34,542 bases of DNA from a virus (taxonomy: Duplodnaviria > Caudoviricetes), in IMG/VR virus record IMGVR_UViG_3300030330_001107, positions 1 through 34,542 of that record; one strand, 5' to 3'. How positions within the stretch are numbered: the first letter of the stretch is position 1; the number at the start of each line of letters is the position of its first letter. Below the pieces are notes generated by a model that saw only the letters and a program-made list of their open reading frames with translations, did no database searches and was not told the origin of the DNA. Positions 27,361 to 34,542 of the stretch are shown piece after piece. Made by a program: the position numbers and the translations under genes.

Positions 27361-27753
27361 TCATCTTTTATTAATCTTATAATACAACTTTATCAATGCA
27401 TCTTGGTATCTTCTTCTTACTATTCTATGATCATTTAACCGCAATATCCTGGCAATCTTAGTCCATTGTATCCCTCTATCACGGTATGCAGCTGAGTGTG
27501 CAACTGCCCAAACAAGCTTTCTATCAGGCACATCCATCAATGCCAGGTAGTCTGCAATCTGATCATACTTTGTAATCTGTGCAGCTGTAGCTGACACTCT
27601 CATTTCACTTTTACCATCCCAACCATAACTACCCCATTCATTAACGTAGTCCATCCAAAAAGACATTTTCTGCTTTCTAATAGCTGGTGGTAGCTTTCGA
27701 TCAGTTTCAGCTGCTTCCAGGAACTGGTCGTGCAACTGTTCTATATTTGTCAT
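27361..27753 (-). CDS. Putative late transcription regulator (DUF6362-like, C-terminal HTH)
   Basis: FLEAAETDRKLP...RKLVWA...WTKIARIL; last gene before terS. Confidence 0.55.
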   Translation of the reverse strand: MTNIEQLHDQFLEAAETDRKLPPAIRKQKMSFWMDYVNEWGSYGWDGKSEMRVSATAAQITKYDQIADYLALMDVPDRKLVWAVAHSAAYRDRGIQWTKIARILRLNDHRIVRRRYQDALIKLYYKINKR

Positions 27754-28123
27754 ACTTTTTTTCCATCTCTAAAATAAAATCAAGCTTTTCATAATAGGAC
27801 GCTGATTGTAGTCCAATGATAATATCTTTGTAATTTTCAGTAGAAAAATTGGGTCGCATCATTCTGAGAATACGATCTAAACGAAACTGCATTTCATTGA
27901 CCTTGGCTTTCTCTTTAGCCAATCGATAATTCATATTGAAATTTTTAGCTGTCTTTTTTATCAGGTGGTCAACAGTAAACTTTACTGTAGACTTTGCTTT
28001 TTCTTTATTATTTTTATTTTGGAGGACATTGTCATGTATACATTGTTGTAAAGTATGTAGTAAACTTTGCTGTATAGACTGTCTGCTTACGATTTTATCT
28101 TTTGATTTTTTTTCGTCAATCAT
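27707..28123 (-). CDS. Hypothetical protein (replication-gene position)
   Basis: ORF track; overlaps both neighbours. Confidence 0.6.
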   Translation of the reverse strand: MIDEKKSKDKIVSRQSIQQSLLHTLQQCIHDNVLQNKNNKEKAKSTVKFTVDHLIKKTAKNFNMNYRLAKEKAKVNEMQFRLDRILRMMRPNFSTENYKDIIIGLQSASYYEKLDFILEMEKKYDKYRTVARPVPGSS

Positions 28124-28398
28124 TTTTTTTCTTCCAATGCACCAGCTATATATTTGTAGTTCCCACCATCTACTGCATGATCCCTTTTATATCCTCCTAC
28201 ATCCCACCTGGAGAACTTTAACTCAGCTAAAATTTTTGCAGCTTCAGCTGGTGTAACATCCTCTTTTAACTTTTTTGATAACGTCAATGTGATTCGTATT
28301 GCAAAATTTGTAAATACTTCTTCATAGTTTCCATATTCTTTTCCACGCTGCTTTAGTATCTCTACAGCTTCTTTTGCTATTTGTTGTGGACTACTCAA
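28120..28398 (-). CDS. DUF6378-like small all-alpha protein
   Basis: RGKEYG...F..A...LKFSR...D..VDG.NY pattern. Confidence 0.65.
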   Translation of the reverse strand: MSSPQQIAKEAVEILKQRGKEYGNYEEVFTNFAIRITLTLSKKLKEDVTPAEAAKILAELKFSRWDVGGYKRDHAVDGGNYKYIAGALEEKK

Positions 28399-28702
28399 GA
28401 CCTAGCTCCTTCAAAGTAAAATTATCTTCATCATCAAACTCATCAAAGTCATCATACTTAGGCTTTGGTGTCTTTTTACGCCGTACAGACCTGGTCTTTA
28501 ATCCAGGTACCTTTATGTCATTCACCATTTGATTAGGTGCTCTACGCAGCTTATTTAGATCCAAAAATTCCTGAAGTCTTGTTTCTATAGTATAAAATGA
28601 GTGTTTGCAGCTCATACATACCCTTCTGCGTTTCACCTGGTTATTTTCATAGGCTCGACTATCTTTGACCTGAGTAGGTTTTTTGCAAACGGTACAGTTC
28701 AT
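28391..28702 (-). CDS. NrdR-like zinc-ribbon protein (no ATP-cone)
   Basis: CxxC..TQVKDSR...KRRRVCxxC..F.T.E motif with an acidic tail. Confidence 0.75.
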   Translation of the reverse strand: MNCTVCKKPTQVKDSRAYENNQVKRRRVCMSCKHSFYTIETRLQEFLDLNKLRRAPNQMVNDIKVPGLKTRSVRRKKTPKPKYDDFDEFDDEDNFTLKELGLE

Positions 28703-29121
28703 GCACCCATACCTTGAAGCATTCGTTCAATTAACTTGGCTTGACTATTCTCTTTCAGCTCAATTAAATTTGATAAAAAAATTTTTAACTTTGAAATATT
28801 ATCAATCACAGCAACAGCTGCTCCAGTATCTTCAAGTTTCTTATGAACTTCTTTTTGTATAGGTGTAGCTCTACCGCCTGGTCTTTTAAGTTCTAAGAAT
28901 ATTGAACACGGTGTACCGTTCCAAAAATACCTTGTAGGCACAAATAAACATAGATCAGGAAAGCCTGACTTCATGCCCATCGTCTTCATTTTAACATGAT
29001 AGTTAATGTGTTTTTTTCCTTCATTAGGTGAGTGATGAAAGAAACACCCATCAGGTAAAGATGCATCTAACCATCCAACAACAAACTTATGGAACTGATA
29101 CTCTGAGATTTTTTTTACCAT
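28699..29121 (-). CDS. VRR-NUC domain nuclease (HJ resolvase-like)
   Basis: HSPNEG, GFPDL and FLELKRPGG...Q motifs. Confidence 0.85.
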   Translation of the reverse strand: MVKKISEYQFHKFVVGWLDASLPDGCFFHHSPNEGKKHINYHVKMKTMGMKSGFPDLCLFVPTRYFWNGTPCSIFLELKRPGGRATPIQKEVHKKLEDTGAAVAVIDNISKLKIFLSNLIELKENSQAKLIERMLQGMGA

Positions 29122-29330
29122 CTTTGTGCAGTATAAAAATCATTAGGTGTAACTGCTCCGTCAGTAACTGTCATAATTGCCACCATAAATTTTGAGTTTG
29201 GTATCATGTGATCTTTATGACTTTTTGGAAGACAATATCGCCTTGCAACTGTAGCGTGAGCAACACCAATCAGCTTTGCTAGTTTGCTGTAACTTATATT
29301 ATTTTTATCTTTGTATTCTTTTAATGTCAT
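29115..29330 (-). CDS. cro: Cro-like HTH regulator (start re-called to MTLKE)
   Basis: SYSKLAKLIGVAHATVARRY HTH and T.GAVTPNDF; divergent from the repressor. Confidence 0.75.
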   Translation of the reverse strand: MTLKEYKDKNNISYSKLAKLIGVAHATVARRYCLPKSHKDHMIPNSKFMVAIMTVTDGAVTPNDFYTAQRW

Positions 29331-29337
29331 ACACAAC

Positions 29338-29406
29338 ATTATATATATTTGACATTCACGGTCAATACGGTTAATAATTTATTTTACAGTATAACAGTAA
29401 ATGACA
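29338..29406. promoter_or_regulatory. cI/cro switch: cro promoter and two operators
   Basis: - strand TTGACC-16-TATAAT (29365..29338); + strand TTGACA at 29349; operators at 29350..29364 and 29392..29406. Confidence 0.7.
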
Positions 29407-29417
29407 TAGGGGATTAT

Positions 29418-30044
29418 ATGCTTCGTGATACAATAAAGATGATGGGTACAAATAATAATTTAAAAAAGTATATTAAATCAGCTGGTATGTCGCACGCAGA
29501 GGTTGCTGAACAAAAAGGCATTGCACCTGAAAGTCTGTCAAGACATATATCAGGTCGATCACAATTTAGTATTCAAGATGCTATGGACTATGCAGAAATT
29601 TTAAACTGTGATCCAAGTGTTCTTTTATTTGAGCCAACTAAAGTTAAGGTGTACGGCACGGTAGTTGATGCACATACAGTAACCATGAAAAATGCATCTG
29701 ATCCTGAACAATTTATAGCAAGTGGTTTTAGATTCCCACCTTTTGTTGGAGCATTTTTAGATACTCGAACTGACTATAATATTTATTTACAAGGATGTAT
29801 TAATTTTGTTGATATAAGACCAATACAGAATCAAATGGTACCGCAATCATCATTTGGGAAAAATTCAATTATAAAATTATCTAATGGTAAAGTACTACAA
29901 AGATGTATATATCCCAATCCTGATAAAACTTTTACTATTGTTTCTTACAGCGGTAAAGTTGAAACAAATCAAAATTTAGTCTTTGCTTGTCCAGTACTTA
30001 GTCGAGTTGAAAGACCTGAATTATTAGGTGTTGAAATTATTTAA
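29418..30044 (+). CDS. cI: CI-like XRE HTH repressor (start re-called to MLRDT)
   Basis: MSHAEVAEQKGIAPESLSRHISG HTH; GGGGA RBS; divergent from cro. Confidence 0.75.
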   Translation: MLRDTIKMMGTNNNLKKYIKSAGMSHAEVAEQKGIAPESLSRHISGRSQFSIQDAMDYAEILNCDPSVLLFEPTKVKVYGTVVDAHTVTMKNASDPEQFIASGFRFPPFVGAFLDTRTDYNIYLQGCINFVDIRPIQNQMVPQSSFGKNSIIKLSNGKVLQRCIYPNPDKTFTIVSYSGKVETNQNLVFACPVLSRVERPELLGVEII

Positions 30045-30099
30045 TTGACATAATTAACAGTATCTGTCTATTATCTTGTAAACCCAAGAAAGATAGACA
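30045..30099 (+). promoter_or_regulatory. Early promoter with operator and overlapping hairpin
   Basis: TTGACA-18-TATTAT; operator at 30055..30069; inverted repeat TGTCTAT..TCTTG/CAAGA..ATAGACA. Confidence 0.65.
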
Positions 30100-30112
30100 A
30101 AGGTGGTTAGTT

Positions 30113-31039
30113 ATGACAGAATTCCCAACAGTTCCTAAGTGGGCAACATCAAAAAATTATATTTGGCATAGTAACCCTGAGAGTAGACCATTATGTCGCA
30201 CTTACTTTGATAAGTGTGTTACTAGACCTAAATTAGATTTAGCCTGGTCAATTTTAAAAGGTGATAAACAAGGTGATAGAGAACTAGCACAAAACCAAGT
30301 AAAACTTTACAGCAATGATGCGGCGAAAGCAGCAGCTGGTCGTATTGTACAAAAGTTATGTGATGATTATCTTGTAACAAACAATGCAGATACAATTGAA
30401 GATGCAATAGCAGCTGGTCGAGAACTTTTCTCAGAGTATACACCAAGGGATTGGGATGATGACAAAGATAGATCACAATTAGATCTATGCATTATGAGTT
30501 ATTCAGATGTATTTAAAAATGCTATTGAAGGAATAACTGAAGCACAAAATAAATTAAGATTAAATAAACTAACTGGTGAACAAGACTATATGTTTCAGGT
30601 GCCAGGTTTATCATTAGAGTATTTTGGCAAGCCTGACTTTAACGGTCAGATAGAACTTAAAACAACCTGGTCAAGTGTAGCAAATACCAAATCAGGCAAG
30701 AGAACAACAAGCATACCATCGCAGCCTAAATGGTCACACTTGTGCCAGGTGGCTGGATATTGGGCAATGAAGCAGCAACCGCAATCAATTGTTTACGCCA
30801 ATGAAAATGGCTATCGAGTATTTGATGAAAGCAATTGTGAAAGACTGACAGCGGATGCATTAAAAAATATTTGGAATCACATCGTGACCAAATGTCGAAT
30901 TAGAGAAAATCAACTAAAAACAGCTGAAACTGTACATGACCTTATACATTTGGTCGAGCCTGACTTTAGCCATATGTGGGCGTGGGATGTACATCCTGAT
31001 GTATTAGCAGAAGCAAAACAATTATGGGGGTTTGTATGA
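30113..31039 (+). CDS. PD-(D/E)XK exonuclease-like recombination nuclease
   Basis: GKPDF..IELKT and HLCQVAGY motifs. Confidence 0.75.
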   Translation: MTEFPTVPKWATSKNYIWHSNPESRPLCRTYFDKCVTRPKLDLAWSILKGDKQGDRELAQNQVKLYSNDAAKAAAGRIVQKLCDDYLVTNNADTIEDAIAAGRELFSEYTPRDWDDDKDRSQLDLCIMSYSDVFKNAIEGITEAQNKLRLNKLTGEQDYMFQVPGLSLEYFGKPDFNGQIELKTTWSSVANTKSGKRTTSIPSQPKWSHLCQVAGYWAMKQQPQSIVYANENGYRVFDESNCERLTADALKNIWNHIVTKCRIRENQLKTAETVHDLIHLVEPDFSHMWAWDVHPDVLAEAKQLWGFV

Positions 31040-31182
31040 ATAAAAAGTATTTAAAATTAGCATTCCTTGAAGCTAATAAAGACGCAAAAAAATATATGAA
31101 TGAGTACTTAAAACTAATAGTTGAAGTGCTTGGGTTTTTTATGATTTGTGGTTTTATGCTTTTTCTTTGGATAATTACATGA
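31036..31182 (+). CDS. 48-aa membrane peptide (not in ORF track)
   Basis: MNKKYLKLAFLEANKDAKKYMNEYLKLIVEVLGFFMICGFMLFLWIIT, with ATGA overlaps at both ends. Confidence 0.7.
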   Translation: MNKKYLKLAFLEANKDAKKYMNEYLKLIVEVLGFFMICGFMLFLWIIT

Positions 31183-31517
31183 ATCAAATCAGTATGTTTG
31201 AAGACCTGGATTTACCCAGGAATGTTAGAGAAGCTAGGTTTGTAGAATTTCATAAACAAAATCCTATTGTTTACAAGTTATGGGATAGATTTACCAGGGA
31301 ATGTATATCAAGAGGTATGAATAAAGTTGGTGCAGCTTTAATCATGGAGCGTATCAGATGGGAAACAAGTGTTGCTATCGAGGACGCTAGACCTGACGGT
31401 CAAAAATTAAAACTTAATGATCATCATAAAGCCTACTATTCACGGTTATGGATGAAGAATAACCCACAATACAAAGGCATATTTAATACAAGAGGAGTTG
31501 AAGGTAGTGGAGTTTGA
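31179..31517 (+). CDS. Conserved phage hypothetical protein (start re-called to MNQIS)
   Basis: FH..NP.VY..., ERIRWE and LND...YYSR motifs. Confidence 0.7.
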   Translation: MNQISMFEDLDLPRNVREARFVEFHKQNPIVYKLWDRFTRECISRGMNKVGAALIMERIRWETSVAIEDARPDGQKLKLNDHHKAYYSRLWMKNNPQYKGIFNTRGVEGSGV

Positions 31518-32112
31518 TAAGATAATTAATCACATAAAAAATGTAAATAAAACTGATATTAAAGGTAAGTCATATACAACAGTTGCAACCAGGGTAGAAA
31601 TTTTTAGAAAATTTTTTGGTTACGATTATTCAATTAATACAGAATTATTAGTTGATGATGAAAAAAGAATTTTAATGAAAGCGTCTATAATTAATAAAGA
31701 AGGTAATGTTATAGGTACTGGTCATGCTGAAGAAATAAGAGGGTCAGGATTTTTTCCACAAGGGGATAAAAGAAACATTAATACAACATCAGCTCTAGAA
31801 AATTGTGAAACATCATGTATAGGGCGTGCTCTTAGTTCTTTATCTTTACATGGCGGTGAATATGCTTCTGTAAATGAAATAGAGATAGCACAAAACAAAG
31901 AGAAAAAAATTAATGATAAACCAAAATTTGATTGGAACAAATGGGTAGATGATCAGATACAAAAAGTAAATCAATTGAATTCTAGTGGTCTTACTAGATG
32001 GACGGCAGATGAACAAGACAACCTTGTTGAACTAAGCAAAGTAGACAAAGGTCTACATTTAAAATTATTTAAAACATATAAAGAAAGGAAAGAAAATGCC
32101 AGGAGCACCTAA
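31498..32112 (+). CDS. Single-strand annealing protein (Rad52/Sak-like)
   Basis: IKGKSY..V..RV..FR, TGHAEE and ENCETS.IGRAL motifs. Confidence 0.65.
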   Translation: MKVVEFDKIINHIKNVNKTDIKGKSYTTVATRVEIFRKFFGYDYSINTELLVDDEKRILMKASIINKEGNVIGTGHAEEIRGSGFFPQGDKRNINTTSALENCETSCIGRALSSLSLHGGEYASVNEIEIAQNKEKKINDKPKFDWNKWVDDQIQKVNQLNSSGLTRWTADEQDNLVELSKVDKGLHLKLFKTYKERKENARST

Positions 32113-32419
32113 TTTTAAAAACAGTAAGTTGAGATTGTTGGATAGTATAAATTCAACAGATCAAATATCAGTAGCATTTTGGTTAAACATTGATAACCCT
32201 GAGTTATCTGAGCAGCTTGAAAAGTATTATGCAACGGCTGGTAAAACACCAAGCATACAGCTGCAAAAAAAATTAATGAATGGATACGAAACCGTAGCAA
32301 GTGCAAATTTATTTTTGTCAGATGAAAAGAAAGCTATGTATCAATCACAAAGTAGCGAACCACCAAGAGATCAAACAATAGTAAACGGAGATAATGATGA
32401 CGGTTTCCCTGGAGCATAA
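32096..32419 (+). CDS. SSB-like protein
   Basis: Follows the SSAP and ends in an acidic DNDDGFPGA tail. Confidence 0.5.
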   Translation: MPGAPNFKNSKLRLLDSINSTDQISVAFWLNIDNPELSEQLEKYYATAGKTPSIQLQKKLMNGYETVASANLFLSDEKKAMYQSQSSEPPRDQTIVNGDNDDGFPGA

Positions 32420-32621
32420 AACTTTATTTAGACCTAAAGAAGTTGCTATAAGATTTTTTGGAAACTTTAATGATACAAATCGAAAAAAAATCTACCGCTG
32501 GATTCATAACGGTGTAATAAAAACTATTGGAGATGGTGGAAGATTATATATTCCTAGAGCTGAAATAGAAAGAATAGAAGCTCATCTTGATGCTACTAAT
32601 GATGTAAAGGTGGGGAGTTAA
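32394..32621 (+). CDS. xis: Excisionase (MerR-like HTH)
   Basis: RPKEVA...KIYRWIHNG.I...GGRLYIPRAEIER; convergent with int. Confidence 0.7.
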   Translation: MMTVSLEHKTLFRPKEVAIRFFGNFNDTNRKKIYRWIHNGVIKTIGDGGRLYIPRAEIERIEAHLDATNDVKVGS

Positions 32622-32635
32622 ACCCCACCATACAT
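32602..32635. terminator. Hairpin at the xis/int convergence
   Basis: GGTGGGG-AGTTAAA-CCCCACC with an ATGTA/TACAT extension; both stop codons lie in the loop. Confidence 0.55.
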
Positions 32636-33766
32636 TGCTTCAGCAGCTGCTGATCTAGCCTTGTCTTGTTTAGCATCATTCTTAACATAATGACCATACT
32701 GACGATAAGTAAAATCAGGTGTACCGTGCCCCATAAGAGCTGCTACAGTAGACCAATCTTCACCTAAACTAGATAACTGTACTGAAGCATAAAAGTGTCG
32801 CATATCACCCCATAAAATCCTATCAACACCAGCTGCTTCACAAACTCTTCTAATTAACTTATCAAGCATCTTCTGCATTTTAGGTGTGCCGTTAGAACTA
32901 GCAAAAACTAAATCATAATCAGAACTAAATCTAGATTGTAATCTTAGCTGCTTGAGTTGGTTCATAGTGACCTGGTCAACTGGTATAGATCTCTTACCTC
33001 TTTTAGTTTTAGGTGCACCAATATTTAATGTTCCATGCTTTACTGCACCTTCAACATTTATAAGATTGTTTTGAAAATCTATGTTGCTCCAGTTCAATGC
33101 ACGCAGCTCACCTTGTCTTACACCAGTTGCAAGAGCTGTAATGACCATACACTTGTCAAATAAACTTTCAGAAGCTAAACCCTTACTGACAATCTTTTGA
33201 ATTGTTTCAGGCTGTATTCTTGGTGCTCTATCAGAAATAGTAGATGACATACCCAATGTAACTTTATCCATTACATTGATTGATGCCCAACCTTTACGAA
33301 CACAATAGTTAAGAAACATTTTTAAAAACTTAATTCTTTTCTCAGCTGTAGCTTTTGATTTACCTTCAGCATGAATACCTCTAAGCAATGCTTTAGAAAT
33401 TTCATCTTTGTTCTCTTGCTTCATAATACTTAAATCATGATTCTTAAATGACTTGCCATCGATCTTGATAGCCAAAGTAATTTGAAATGATCTCAAGAAA
33501 TCTTTGAAAAAAGATAATGAAACTTCTTTGTCATCCTTCCTGGTTTCTTGAAACTTAATAAATGTATCCGCCGCATCTGATACTTTTACAACATCAACTT
33601 TTTCTGCAATGGCACCAGTAAGAAATTTAGCCTTTAATAATTCAGCTTCTTTAAGAGCAGCTGATTTAGTGGAAAAGTTTCCATATTTGTTTCCTAAACC
33701 AACTCTTCTTGCATCTATTATCCAATGCTTCCTTGCACCCCAGTAATTAACCTTTAAATCTTTCAT
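32618..33766 (-). CDS. int: Tyrosine integrase
   Basis: TGVRQGEL (R), PKT (K), MRHFYAS, LMGH and YGH (Y) catalytic motifs. Confidence 0.95.
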   Translation of the reverse strand: MKDLKVNYWGARKHWIIDARRVGLGNKYGNFSTKSAALKEAELLKAKFLTGAIAEKVDVVKVSDAADTFIKFQETRKDDKEVSLSFFKDFLRSFQITLAIKIDGKSFKNHDLSIMKQENKDEISKALLRGIHAEGKSKATAEKRIKFLKMFLNYCVRKGWASINVMDKVTLGMSSTISDRAPRIQPETIQKIVSKGLASESLFDKCMVITALATGVRQGELRALNWSNIDFQNNLINVEGAVKHGTLNIGAPKTKRGKRSIPVDQVTMNQLKQLRLQSRFSSDYDLVFASSNGTPKMQKMLDKLIRRVCEAAGVDRILWGDMRHFYASVQLSSLGEDWSTVAALMGHGTPDFTYRQYGHYVKNDAKQDKARSAAAEAMYGGV

Positions 33767-34290
33767 TATGCTACCTCTCTAACTGATTGTATCCATTGTA
33801 AAGCTGGTTTAGTATTCTCACCAAATGATCTATGATCATAACTACCACTAGGGCTTTCACCAATAACCCAGGTCAATAATCCATCATCACTTTTAGGTTT
33901 AGAAATTTTTTGTAATACAAACCCACAAGCTAATAATGAAGCTCCACTTTCATAAGGTCTAGTGTAAGTAACAACACATTTGTAACCCAATGCAAAACAA
34001 GCATTAACCGCTTTTCTTAAAAGAAAACTTGATACATTATTTCCTTCTTCTAGATCAGGTCTCACAACACAACGTCTAATTTCAACATGATCTCTTCTCT
34101 GTGACCATGCATGGCTTGAACAATTATCCACAGTTACAATACCTAAATAATCATCTGAAGGATTGTATCTATCAATAACACCAATAGTAAATTTATGTCT
34201 TTTTAAAGGCTTACTATGTCTGTGATATTTTAAAGTATAATTAGATGCTTCATCTAATTTAACTCTCTCTATCTCTAGCATTCTTTTCAT
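33766..34290 (-). CDS. XF1762/Mom-like GNAT-fold putative DNA-modification protein
   Basis: YHRHSKP, EIRRCVV, NVSSFLL and GYKCVVTYT..ESGASLLACGF motifs. Confidence 0.6.
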   Translation of the reverse strand: MKRMLEIERVKLDEASNYTLKYHRHSKPLKRHKFTIGVIDRYNPSDDYLGIVTVDNCSSHAWSQRRDHVEIRRCVVRPDLEEGNNVSSFLLRKAVNACFALGYKCVVTYTRPYESGASLLACGFVLQKISKPKSDDGLLTWVIGESPSGSYDHRSFGENTKPALQWIQSVREVA

Positions 34291-34540
34291 AATTCTTAAC
34301 TCCTTATGTATTAAATATAACAGCTAATGTCATATTTACAAGGTCAAAACAGAAAAAAATGGGTACAAAATGAGTACAAGATATATTTTTAAGAAATAAA
34401 ATTTTAGGTTGGAGAGGTGTAAAGTATTGATATAGTTGAGTTTTTTAGTGGTGACCCCTACGGGATTCGAACCCGTGTTGCCGCCGTGAAAGGGCGGTGA
34501 ATTTACGTCATCTACTACCCAAACAGTTGATTTACTTGAG
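34240..34540. repeat. Right copy of 301-bp terminal repeat (contains attP core copy 34449..34499)
   Basis: Identical to 2..302. Confidence 0.95.
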
Positions 34541-34542
34541 TA

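Noticed and set aside
534-28256. Short + strand ORFs in the late/early-left region (e.g. 534..830, 2155..2442, 13729..14013, 16197..16505, 27936..28256) and the alternate-frame ORF 23411..23671
   Set aside because: These are shadows of well-supported - strand genes, with no recognisable motifs.
29442-29452. Arm-site-like ATGGGTACAAA in the start of cI
   Set aside because: Single copy without a tandem partner, explained by M-G-T-N codons; chance cannot be excluded.
30228-32306. Short - strand ORFs in the recombination operon
   Set aside because: Antisense shadows of coupled + strand genes.

Overview
The window is an apparently complete, AT-rich temperate podovirus genome. Bases 2..302 recur exactly at 34240..34540, so the circular unit is 34,238 bp. 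The virion module on the - strand is T7/BPP-1-like: terS, terL, portal, scaffold, major capsid, tail tubular A/B, gp13-16-like ejection proteins and a gp17-like fibre. It is followed by about nine small modular fibre genes, a lysis cassette with an M15 peptidase endolysin, and six tiny basic ORFs. The genome also has a lambda-like cI/cro switch, a + strand recombination operon (PD-(D/E)XK nuclease, SSAP, SSB-like, Xis), a tyrosine integrase, and an attP built from the 3' half of tRNA-Glu with arm-type and IHF sites. I recognise no RNA polymerase, DNA polymerase, helicase, primase or replication initiator. Protein styles suggest a marine, possibly alphaproteobacterial, host (inference only). 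The top finding lies in the ejection-protein block, where a 691-aa protein carries a C-terminal HhH-GPD (EndoIII-like) glycosylase/lyase-like domain. A 77-aa acidic ORF overlaps its 3' end, followed by a promoter/terminator element, giving a candidate virion-injected DNA-base-excision effector with an immunity partner. Other highlights are a Mom/XF1762-like GNAT coupled to int, a four-site operator regulon, a cupredoxin-like insert with an atypical His ligand, and integrase-arm-like repeats between terS and terL. All family calls come from motif recognition by eye, not database searches.
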